Positions 29,235 to 37,799 of a stretch of DNA of 64,000 bases are shown piece by piece. A program made the translations under genes and the position numbers. A model generated the notes under the pieces. It saw nothing but the letters and a program-made list of their open reading frames with translations. It was not told the origin of the DNA and made no database searches. Positions within the stretch are counted from its first letter, which is position 1. Every line of letters starts with the position of its first letter. Origin of the DNA: Myxococcales bacterium (lineage in GTDB: Bacteria; Myxococcota_A; UBA9042; JABWCM01; BTVJ01); NCBI GenBank assembly GCA_045863395.1, contig BTVJ01000013.1, positions 77,242-141,241 on the forward strand. The letters run 5' to 3'.

Positions 29235-29296
29235 ATTGAACCCCCGGGGGCCGTCCAGGTCAAGCGGTTGCGAGCGCTCCGAGGCCCCGGTAGGCT
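29235..29296. promoter_or_regulatory. Back-to-back divergent sigma70-type promoters
   Basis: Minus: TTGACC (29263-29258), 17 nt, TTCAAT (29240-29235). Plus: TTGCGA (29268-29273), 17 nt, TAGGCT (29291-29296). Confidence 0.5.
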
Positions 29297-29329
29297 TCCG
29301 CTCGCGCAGCCCTCGCGCGGGAGCCCGCC

Positions 29330-32300
29330 ATGCATCGAATCACCTGTGTGCTACTCGTTGCGCTCCTCCATGCCTGCGCCGGTGTGGAGAGCCCGTCCGG
29401 GTCGGTGGGCTCCGGCGATGTTGCCTCCCACGTGGACGCGGCGTCAGACACGGCGGTCGCAGGCCTGGACGTGTCGGGCGCAAGCGCTCGCGCGGGAGGC
29501 GTCGCGATCCTCGCACCGGACAGCGCCGACCCGCTCACCGAGCGCATGATCGCCACGGCCGCCGCCACCGTGGAAGCAGTGACCGGCGTGGCGCCGGACG
29601 TACACCGCCTCCCTGTGGGGAGCGACCTGTCCGCCCTCGCAGCGCTGGCGTCCGCGGACGGGGCGGCGCTCGTCATCGACGCCCAGGTCGTGTCTCCGGC
29701 GGCGGTGGGGGCGGACGAGGTCACCGGTCTCCCACGCGACGGCTTCCGGCTGCGCGTCGTGGACGCGGGCGACGCCACCGTCGCTCTGTGCGCGGGCGGC
29801 ACGAAGCTCGCGCGCCAGTACGCGCTCTACGAGGCGCTGCGGCGCCTGGGCGTGCGCTACTACCACCCGGAGCAGGAGTGGGCTCCCCGGGTGCCACCGT
29901 CCCAGCTCCGCGCGCGGCTCCGCACTCCGACGGCCGTGGCGCGAGGCGGCGAAGACCACGTCCCGGACTTCGAGCACCGCTCGTACAGCTTCCACGCCGC
30001 CCACCCCCTGGAGCACCAGGAGGCGTTCAGCGACGCGGCCCACCCCATCGACGAGGCGGCGCGGGTCAACGACTGGATCGTGAAGAACCGCGGCGACCTC
30101 CTGCGGGGAGCCGGGCGGGGCGTCGCGTCGCAGGAGTCCTGGGCGCAGCGGGCGGCGGAGCTCCAGGCGCTGGGCGACCTCCTCGGCCTGCGGGGCGCGA
30201 CGGGCATCACGCTGCACAACCAGCAGCAGGGGGCGAGCGCGGCCGTCGATCCGTCGAGCGCGGTGCCCGTCAAGGACCAGATCGAGGCCCTCGTCACCGA
30301 GCGCCTCGCAGCCAGCCCCGATGCCATCCACTTCGGGATCCACTTCGGGCCGACGGAGCTGACGGTCACGCCGGACCAGGAGACCGTCCAGTGGATCGAC
30401 TGGGCCGGCAAGAAGGCGAAGGCGCTGCGCCCGGACCTGCCGGTCATGATCAACGACCACACGACGGGCAGCCAGCCCACCCCGAACTACGACGATCTGG
30501 GCTGCCCGCCGGGGACCAACGGCGAGGGCCGTGGGGACTACTACGACCTGGCCTTTCACACAGACCCGTCCCTCGGCGTCTCCGTCCACACGGTCATGTT
30601 CTATCCGCTCGAAGGGGCGGCGCCGGTCTACAACCAGAAGACCTTCGCCCACAAGCTCTGCCTCATGCAGAAGGCGTCTGCCGCAGGCCGCCCGCTGACC
30701 TGGTTCCCGGAGGGGTCCTGGTGGCTGTCCTTCGACAACCCGATTCCCGTCTATCTGCCGCTCTATATCGCCACGCGGGGCAGGGACGTGGAGCTGGTGG
30801 CCCCACTGCTGGCGTCCCGCGGCGGCACGCTCATCGGGCACCGCATGTTCAACAGCGGCCACGAGTGGGGCTATTGGCAGCAGGACTACGCCGTCGGGCT
30901 CTGGCACTGGAACGTGGACGTCTCCATGGATGCGGTGCTCGGAGAGCTGTTTGACCCCCTCTGCGCACCCGATGCGTGGCCTGGGAGCTGCCCGGCGCGC
31001 GACGAGGGGATCGCCGTCCTGCGAGAGGTGATGGACCACCAGTGGGAGCTGCTCCTCGTGCGGGCGGACTGGAAGGGCATGGCGGGCGGCCTCTTCACCT
31101 ACCTGTCAGGGGAGGATCCCGCGGACGAGATGGGGGAGCTGGCGGGGCTCACGTTCCGGCCGGTGCGGGTGTCGTTCTCCAAGGTCCGCGGCTGGAGCGA
31201 CGCGCAGATTGCCGCCTTCGAGGCTGGAGACCTGGCCGCCCTCGCGGAGATGGAGTCGGCGTATCTCGGGTGGGTGGACCGGCTGAGAGCGGTGGAGGTC
31301 GAGGTGGCGGAGGGAGCGCGCCCGTGGCTCTGGGAGGTGATCGACGGGCTGGAGATCAACGGGCTTCGCGCCCGGCACATCCGGCTCCTCTATGAGACCG
31401 TGATCGCCTTGCGGGCCGCCGAGCAGTCGGGAGAGCCGAGTCAGGCGAATCGGGCTGGAGTCGGTGCGCGGCGACTCCAGGCCAAGGCCGCAATGGATGC
31501 GGCCGCGGCGGTGATCGCCCGGCGGGAGGCCCACTACCGCTACCCGGCGGCCCAGGTCCATGGGGGCGGAGACACGCCGGAGACGGCGGTCCCGAACGGC
31601 ACCACCTACCCCTGGCGGGTCCACTTCAAGACCCACGCCATGAGCTACTGGAAGAACCGGGAGTCTCAGGTGGACCTGCTGATCCAGGGCGGTGTGTCGA
31701 CGGACGTCCTCCGCCTGGAGCCGGCCATCGCCAAGCCCGGAGTGTCACTGTCGCTGGCGTGGCCTCCGGGCCTCGACGGAACCGTCGATCTGGGGGACGG
31801 CAGCCTGGCGGGACCCGCCACGGCGACTCACGGCTACGCGGGCTCCGGGGTCTGGGTCATCGCCGGCTCCGTCGAGTCGGGAGACTCGCAGATTCCGGTC
31901 TCGGGCGCCGTCGCCCGCTCAGACGCGCTGGCGTCCACACCGAAGGGCGGGCTCACCCTCGTCGCGCCGGCCTCGTCCGTCGCACAGACGGTGATCGCGG
32001 CGCTGTCCCCGGGCTTCCGCTGGGCGTTCATCCCGGCCACCTCGGACTCCGCGGGAGCCATCGCGCTCGCGCCAGACCTCGGGGGCGTGGACTTCCGGCG
32101 GGTCTCGGTGGCGTCCATCCCGGCGGGCTCCGCGGGAGTGGCGACCGACCCGATCACCCTGGTCGTGCCCGTGCCGGACCCGAGCACCGGCGAGGTCACG
32201 CTCCAGCTCACGGTGCAGGGCGCCGTGCTCAACGCCGCCACCGAGGCGGGGGCCGTGGTGTCTCCAATCTCCGTGACCGGAGACCTGGTCGTCCAGGATC

Positions 32301-32440
32301 TCGTGGCGGCGCTGGTCGTGCTGGCCGGCTACGACGACGAGGGGGCCCTCGAGACGCTCGGCGACGTGCTCGGGTTCGACCCCGCGGACAAGCCCGCCAC
32401 GGTCCCCTTCGAGGCGTCCTTCGCCCTCGTTGGCGAGTAG
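29330..32440 (+). CDS. Large uncharacterised lipoprotein, possibly glycoside-hydrolase-like, with a PKD-like segment
   Basis: Lipobox LHAC; DGFRLRV...YALYEALRRLGVRYYHP resembles the N-terminal domain of GH20/GH67-type enzymes; TVDLGDG...THGYAGSGVWVI is PKD-like. Confidence 0.6.
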   Translation: MHRITCVLLVALLHACAGVESPSGSVGSGDVASHVDAASDTAVAGLDVSGASARAGGVAILAPDSADPLTERMIATAAATVEAVTGVAPDVHRLPVGSDLSALAALASADGAALVIDAQVVSPAAVGADEVTGLPRDGFRLRVVDAGDATVALCAGGTKLARQYALYEALRRLGVRYYHPEQEWAPRVPPSQLRARLRTPTAVARGGEDHVPDFEHRSYSFHAAHPLEHQEAFSDAAHPIDEAARVNDWIVKNRGDLLRGAGRGVASQESWAQRAAELQALGDLLGLRGATGITLHNQQQGASAAVDPSSAVPVKDQIEALVTERLAASPDAIHFGIHFGPTELTVTPDQETVQWIDWAGKKAKALRPDLPVMINDHTTGSQPTPNYDDLGCPPGTNGEGRGDYYDLAFHTDPSLGVSVHTVMFYPLEGAAPVYNQKTFAHKLCLMQKASAAGRPLTWFPEGSWWLSFDNPIPVYLPLYIATRGRDVELVAPLLASRGGTLIGHRMFNSGHEWGYWQQDYAVGLWHWNVDVSMDAVLGELFDPLCAPDAWPGSCPARDEGIAVLREVMDHQWELLLVRADWKGMAGGLFTYLSGEDPADEMGELAGLTFRPVRVSFSKVRGWSDAQIAAFEAGDLAALAEMESAYLGWVDRLRAVEVEVAEGARPWLWEVIDGLEINGLRARHIRLLYETVIALRAAEQSGEPSQANRAGVGARRLQAKAAMDAAAAVIARREAHYRYPAAQVHGGGDTPETAVPNGTTYPWRVHFKTHAMSYWKNRESQVDLLIQGGVSTDVLRLEPAIAKPGVSLSLAWPPGLDGTVDLGDGSLAGPATATHGYAGSGVWVIAGSVESGDSQIPVSGAVARSDALASTPKGGLTLVAPASSVAQTVIAALSPGFRWAFIPATSDSAGAIALAPDLGGVDFRRVSVASIPAGSAGVATDPITLVVPVPDPSTGEVTLQLTVQGAVLNAATEAGAVVSPISVTGDLVVQDLVAALVVLAGYDDEGALETLGDVLGFDPADKPATVPFEASFALVGE

Positions 32441-32512
32441 AGGCCCAGGCTCGGGACCAGGGTGTCCACCAGCGCTGCGGCCACTCCGGGGAGGGCACGG
32501 CAATGGTTTCGG

Positions 32513-32541
32513 GTGCAAGATCGTCGCGCGTCGCCTATCAT
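32513..32541 (+). promoter_or_regulatory. Candidate sigma70-type promoter for the fibre-like gene
   Basis: GTGCAA (32513-32518), 17 nt spacer, TATCAT (32536-32541); SD GGGAGG at 32601-32606. Confidence 0.45.
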
Positions 32542-32609
32542 GGCTCCTCGATCAGATGTCGAGCCGCCGCGCGCCCAGCGCGCCGTCCAGAGGCGGACAC
32601 GGGAGGACG

Positions 32610-35399
32610 ATGATGGCAAGGCCCGCTCGCTTGATTCCACCGCTCTTCGCCATGACGCTGCTCTTGGGCATGCCCGCCAGGGCCGTGGACGTCGACCCGC
32701 GCCTGCCCATCCAGGGACTCGTGCTGACGTCCGGGGGGACCCCGGCCAACGGCACCTTCGCCATGACCGTGGCCCTCTTCGGCGATGCCACCGGCGGCGC
32801 CCCGGTCTACTCCCAGTCCTTCGCGGCGGTGCCGGTCTCGGCGGGGCTCTTCGACGTGGTGCTGGGCCCCATCGCGGACGGCGTGCTCGACGCCGATCCG
32901 ACGCTGTGGGTGCAGACCACGGTGGAGAGCGAGGTTCTCCCGCGCCAGCCGCTCGGGGCGAGCGCCTACGCCTTCGTGGCGCGCCACGCCAAGGTCGCGG
33001 ACGCCGCCAAGGGCCTCCTGTGCTCCGGGTGCGTCGGGGCGGGCGCGCTCGCGCCTGGCGCCGTGACGGGCGCCGTGGTCGTCGATGGCAGCCTGGGCCC
33101 CGAGGACGTGTCGATCCCCTATGCGCTCTCGTCCTCGAAGGGCGGGCCGGCTCTGGACCTCCAGTGCTCGGGCTGCGTGGGGGACGGGGAGATCGCCTCC
33201 AACTCAGTGGGCTCGGCGCAGATCAAGGACGGCAGCATCGCCGCCGCGGACGTCGGCTTCCCCTGGGCCGCGGCGGCCGCCCCCGGTGGCGCTGCGGCCG
33301 ACGTCGCCTGCACCGGGTGCATCGGCCCCTCCGAGCTCAGCGCGGGCGTGGTCGCCGCCTTCGTCGATGCGGCCGGTGACACCATGACCGGGGCGCTCGC
33401 GATCCAGGCGCCGTCCGACCCCCAGCTCACCCTCGGCGGCGCCGGCGGCGCCGGCACGCTGGACATCGTGCGGTCGAGCGGCGCGGCCGGCGTGCGCCTG
33501 CTCACCGGGGCGACCGAGGAGTGGCGCCTCGGGCTCCCTTCTGGCTCAACGGCGCTCCAGGTGACACGCCCGGGCCTCACGGCGCCGCCCCTCCACGTGG
33601 CGGCGTCGGGCAACGTGGGCGTAGGTCTCGCGAGCCCGGCCTACCGCCTCGACGTGGGGGGCGACCTCAGGGTCGCGGGCAAGCTGATCGTCGGCGACAC
33701 CGAGCTCACGGGGGCGCAGCTCGCCGACCTGCTGGCCTTCGTCCAGACGGTCGAGGTGACGGCTGAGCTGGGCGCCGCGGGCAGCACGACCCTGGCAGAG
33801 GGAGCGAGGGCGCCCGTGCTGATCAAGCGCGTCCAGGGCGGCGGGAGCCTGAACAACGTCGCCAGCGCCGAGATCGTCTGGTCGGGCTCGCCGGCGTTCC
33901 TGGATGGGGCCGCGCCGGTGGTGACCATCGCCGAGAAGTCGACGACGGCGCTGGGGGCAGTCCTCGCCGTCCCGCCGATCACCTCCCTCGGCGCCGGCCA
34001 GTCCCTGGGTGGCACCCTGCGCCTGCTGAGCCCGGTGGGCACCAAGGTGGCCGAGGCGCCGTTCACGGTCGCGGGCCTCGACGAGCTGATCGTCACGGGC
34101 ACCGCGTCAGTCAGCGGGACCCAGACCTACAGCACGATCCGCGTCTCGGGCACCCTCACCGGCACTGGGACCTCACCCGTCCAGCTCTCCGCGACCGGCG
34201 ACGTCGTCATCGACGGCGGCTGGGTGCGGGTGGACGCCAGCGGGTCCACCGGAGGGGCCGGGGGCGGCAACGGCGGCGTCGGCGGGGGCGCGGCGGGCGT
34301 GGGCTCCGGTGCGGGCGGCGGCGCGTCGAGCTGCGCCGGGGGCGGCGGCGCGGGCTTCGGGACGCCCGGCGGCGTCGGGGGGAACGGCGGGCACGGGGGC
34401 ACGGCCGGCTCCGCGGGCGGCGCGTACGGCAACGCGGAGTTGTCGCCACTCGTCGGGGGGTCTGGAGGCGGCGCAGGCAACACCGGCTGCCGCCCCAACA
34501 CCCCGATCGCCGGCGGAGGTGGCGGCGCCATCGCGCTGCGTGCGGGCGGCGCCCTGAGCGTGGTCAATGGCGGGCGCGTCACGGCCAACGGCGCCGGGGG
34601 GGCGGGCTGCGACGTCGGCGGGCAGCGCGGCGCGTCCGGCGGCGGCTCCGGCGGGGCGGTGCTGCTCGCCGCCCGGTCGACCATGACCCTGGGCAGCGCG
34701 ACCGCGGTCCAGGCGGGCGGGGGTGGCGGCGCCGGGGCGAGCGACGGCCCGGGCTGCGGCGGCTCGGGTGGCCAGGGGACGGGCACCGGCGTGGCCGGCG
34801 CGGCGGGCGGCGGCGGCGGCGGTGGTGGTGGTGGCGTGGACGGCCCCGGAGGACCAAAGAGCGGCTGCTCGGCCTGCTGCTCGGGCACGTCGGGCAACGG
34901 CGGCGCGGGCGCATGCGGTGCCGGCGGCGGCGGCGGCGCCGGCGACGACTGCAACGGAGGCACCACGGACAACGGCCAGCCCGGCACCTGCTCCGCAGCC
35001 GGCCGCGGCGGCAACGCCGCCGGCTCCAGCGATCCGGGGGCCGGGGGAGGCGGCGCCGGCCGCGTGCGCGTCGACGCCGCAGATCTTGCCGGCCCCCTCC
35101 CCTCGTCACCGGCACCGGGCCTCCGGGGCGCGACCCTGGCAGCCAGCACGCCCCGGGTGGTCGCCGGCACCACGCTGACCGCCACCGTGGTCACCTGCCC
35201 CGGCGGGACGGTACAGGTGGCCGTCAACGGCTCTCCGTCCGCGACGGCCGTGGCCAACGGTGCGGGAGTCGCGTCAGTGCCCCTGACGCTGGCGCCTGGA
35301 TTCAACTCGCTGGTCCCCATCGTCAAGAGCAAGACCTGTACGTCCGTCTCGCCAAACTCCGACGCAGCCGGCGAGCCGCTCGTCGTCGTGTCTCTCTGA
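32610..35399 (+). CDS. Secreted tail-fibre-like surface protein with a glycine-rich C-terminal domain
   Basis: Signal peptide ending PARA; three CxGC(V/I)G repeats; GDTMTGAL; GNVGVG...YRLDVGG; long GGGGG/GGSGG-rich region at about 34240-35070. Confidence 0.7.
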   Translation: MMARPARLIPPLFAMTLLLGMPARAVDVDPRLPIQGLVLTSGGTPANGTFAMTVALFGDATGGAPVYSQSFAAVPVSAGLFDVVLGPIADGVLDADPTLWVQTTVESEVLPRQPLGASAYAFVARHAKVADAAKGLLCSGCVGAGALAPGAVTGAVVVDGSLGPEDVSIPYALSSSKGGPALDLQCSGCVGDGEIASNSVGSAQIKDGSIAAADVGFPWAAAAAPGGAAADVACTGCIGPSELSAGVVAAFVDAAGDTMTGALAIQAPSDPQLTLGGAGGAGTLDIVRSSGAAGVRLLTGATEEWRLGLPSGSTALQVTRPGLTAPPLHVAASGNVGVGLASPAYRLDVGGDLRVAGKLIVGDTELTGAQLADLLAFVQTVEVTAELGAAGSTTLAEGARAPVLIKRVQGGGSLNNVASAEIVWSGSPAFLDGAAPVVTIAEKSTTALGAVLAVPPITSLGAGQSLGGTLRLLSPVGTKVAEAPFTVAGLDELIVTGTASVSGTQTYSTIRVSGTLTGTGTSPVQLSATGDVVIDGGWVRVDASGSTGGAGGGNGGVGGGAAGVGSGAGGGASSCAGGGGAGFGTPGGVGGNGGHGGTAGSAGGAYGNAELSPLVGGSGGGAGNTGCRPNTPIAGGGGGAIALRAGGALSVVNGGRVTANGAGGAGCDVGGQRGASGGGSGGAVLLAARSTMTLGSATAVQAGGGGGAGASDGPGCGGSGGQGTGTGVAGAAGGGGGGGGGGVDGPGGPKSGCSACCSGTSGNGGAGACGAGGGGGAGDDCNGGTTDNGQPGTCSAAGRGGNAAGSSDPGAGGGGAGRVRVDAADLAGPLPSSPAPGLRGATLAASTPRVVAGTTLTATVVTCPGGTVQVAVNGSPSATAVANGAGVASVPLTLAPGFNSLVPIVKSKTCTSVSPNSDAAGEPLVVVSL

Positions 35400-35410
35400 G
35401 GGTGAGGATC

Positions 35411-37696
35411 ATGCGCTGGCTCGGCATCGTGGTTCTGGGGTTCATGGCGGGGTGTGTGGCGGCGGAGCCCGCGGAGCCGATCGGCGACGGGGGCGGTGAC
35501 ACCGCCGCGGCGGACACGGTCACCGCCGACGGGGGCGCGCCCGACGAAGACGCGGGGGCCGACGTTGGCGCGGACTCCAGCCAGGACGCGGCGCTCGGAG
35601 ACTCCGGTGGGACTCACGTCGACGCGGCCCCGGGAGACTCCGCCGCCGACGCCGCAGACACAGAGCCCCCCGGAGAGATCGGCCCTGACTCCAGCGCCGC
35701 GGACTCCGAGGACATCGCGGCGGTCGAGGAGTGGCCGTGCGAGGACGACGGGGACTGCGACGACGGCCTGCCCTGCACGGCAGGGCTCTGCTCCGAGGGT
35801 CTGTGTCAGTGGGCGGAGCTGTGTGCCCTCGTACCGTGCGAGGAGAGCTCCGACTGCGACGACGGCGACCCGTGCAGCGACGACACGTGCGTCTCGTGCC
35901 CTCCAGGCGCAGCAGCGCTCGGCCTGTGCGACCCGGACGGGGCCGTCTGCGGCGCCACGCTCTCGGACTGCGACGACGACGACCCGTGCACCACGGACGT
36001 GTGCGATCCGGTGGCCGGGTGCGGGTCCACCCCGTGTCTGCCCCCGGACGCCTGCCACACCGCGGACTGCGTGCCGGGAGGCTGCGCGGTGGCTCCGCTC
36101 ACGTGTGACGACGGGGACGCCTGCACCGGAGACTCCTGCGAGCCGGCCAGCGGGTGCGTCCACGCTCCGGTCGCCTGCGACGACGGCGACCCGTGCACGA
36201 CGGACTCCTGCGATCCGGGCGGCGGGTGCGCCCACGGCGCGGTCTCCTGCGACGACGGCGACGCCTGCACGCAAGACTCCTGTGACCCGGCCAGCGGGTG
36301 CGCCCACGGCGCGGTCTCCTGCGACGACGGCGATGCCTGCACCGACGACGACTGCGACCCGATCACCGGCTGCACCCTCGTGGCAGTCTCCTGCGACGAC
36401 GGGGATGCCTGCACCGAAGACGACTGCGACCCGATCACCGGCTGCACACTCGTGGCAGTCTCCTGCGATGACGGCGACCCGTGCACCGCAGACTCCTGCG
36501 ACCTGGGCGCCGGCTGCGTCCATGCGCCCGTCTCGGGGTGTGTCTCCTGCGCCAGCTTCCTGGACTGCGACGACGGCGACCCGTGCACCGTCGACGCCTG
36601 CTTCGTGGGGGCGGCGACCTGCGCCCACGCGCCGGTCCTCTGCGACGACGGCGACCCCTGCACGGCCGACTCCTGCGGCCCCGCCGGCTGCGCCCACACC
36701 CCGACGCCATGCGACGACGGCGACCCATGCACGGTGGACTCCTGTGGCCCGATGGGCTGCGCCTCCGCTCCGCTCCCTTGCGATGACGGCGACCCGTGCA
36801 CGGCCGACGGATGCGCCGGTGGCGCGTGCAACCACGCGCCCGCCGTATGCGACGACGGCGACCCATGCACCGCAGACGCATGCAACCCGCTCACCGGCTG
36901 TGTCCACCCTCCCCTCGCGTGCGACGACGGCGATCCGTGCACCGTCGATGGCTGCGACGGCGGCTGCGCCAGCGCTCCACTGGACTGTGACGACGGGGAC
37001 CCCTGCACCGAGGACGCCTGCCTGGGTGGCGTCTGCGGCAGCACGCCGGCCGCCTGCGGGGACGGCGATCCCTGCACCGCCGACACCTGCGACCCCACGG
37101 TTGGTTGCCTCGCCACCCCCCTCCCCTGCGACGACGGCGACCCCTGCACGGCCGACTCCTGCCAGGGCGGCTGTCTGCATGTGCCCATCCCCGGCTGCGG
37201 CGGCTGCGAGGCGAGCTGGCAGTGCCAGGATGGCGACCCCTGCACGCTGGACGCGTGTCTGGGCGGCGCCTGCGAGAACCCTCTGGTGGACTGCGAGGAC
37301 GGGAGCCCCTGCACCATCGACCTCTGTGACGACGCGTCGGGGAGCTGCCAGTCCACCCCGGTGGACTGCGCGGACGGGGACCCCTGCACCATTGATGGGT
37401 GCGATCTGTCGACGGGGGCGTGCAGGAGCCGCCCCGTGACGTGCGGCGACGGCGACCCATGCACGGCAGACGCCTGCAACCCGTCCGGCGCCTGCGCGCA
37501 TGCTCCGGTGCCCGGCTGCACCGGCTGCGCAGACGCCGCCGCGTGCGACGACGGGGACCCCTGCACCGAGGACACGTGCGCGGTCGGGGCGTGCGCCAGC
37601 GCGTCGCTCCAGTGCGTGGCGGGCCCCTGCGAGCTGAGCTACTGCGACCCCTTCGTCGGCGAGTGCGTCACGGTCCCCGACCCCACCTGCCTCTGA
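35411..37696 (+). CDS. Cys-rich repeat lipoprotein (CDDGDPCT, Dictyostelium/slime-mould-type repeats)
   Basis: Lipobox MAGC, acidic D/A/G linker, then more than 20 copies of CxDGD(P/A)CTxDxC...GC of about 22-25 aa each. Confidence 0.85.
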   Translation: MRWLGIVVLGFMAGCVAAEPAEPIGDGGGDTAAADTVTADGGAPDEDAGADVGADSSQDAALGDSGGTHVDAAPGDSAADAADTEPPGEIGPDSSAADSEDIAAVEEWPCEDDGDCDDGLPCTAGLCSEGLCQWAELCALVPCEESSDCDDGDPCSDDTCVSCPPGAAALGLCDPDGAVCGATLSDCDDDDPCTTDVCDPVAGCGSTPCLPPDACHTADCVPGGCAVAPLTCDDGDACTGDSCEPASGCVHAPVACDDGDPCTTDSCDPGGGCAHGAVSCDDGDACTQDSCDPASGCAHGAVSCDDGDACTDDDCDPITGCTLVAVSCDDGDACTEDDCDPITGCTLVAVSCDDGDPCTADSCDLGAGCVHAPVSGCVSCASFLDCDDGDPCTVDACFVGAATCAHAPVLCDDGDPCTADSCGPAGCAHTPTPCDDGDPCTVDSCGPMGCASAPLPCDDGDPCTADGCAGGACNHAPAVCDDGDPCTADACNPLTGCVHPPLACDDGDPCTVDGCDGGCASAPLDCDDGDPCTEDACLGGVCGSTPAACGDGDPCTADTCDPTVGCLATPLPCDDGDPCTADSCQGGCLHVPIPGCGGCEASWQCQDGDPCTLDACLGGACENPLVDCEDGSPCTIDLCDDASGSCQSTPVDCADGDPCTIDGCDLSTGACRSRPVTCGDGDPCTADACNPSGACAHAPVPGCTGCADAAACDDGDPCTEDTCAVGACASASLQCVAGPCELSYCDPFVGECVTVPDPTCL
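36098..36530 (+). repeat. 72-bp in-frame tandem repeat within the Cys-rich gene
   Basis: Units starting gtctcctgcga at 36314, 36386 and 36458 are exactly 72 bp apart. The first two both encode VSCDDGDACTxDDCDPITGCTLVA. Preceding units are also similar. Confidence 0.85.
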
Positions 37697-37799
37697 CGGT
37701 CCACCACGGCAGGCACCGACCGAGACCCGCGGTCGCCCGCACACGGCGCGCTCCTCGCGCGTCGCCAGGCCACCAGGGCCCCGCCCGCAGACGCCTGCG

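Noticed and set aside
32610..35399. Prophage remnant
   Set aside because: The fibre-like gene has a Sec signal peptide and host-like codon usage, and there are no capsid, terminase, baseplate or integrase genes nearby.
35740..37600. Regularly spaced gacgacggcgacccgtgcac repeats resembling a CRISPR array
   Set aside because: They are in-frame coding repeats (CDDGDPCT) with synonymous variation and related intervening sequence, and no cas genes are present.
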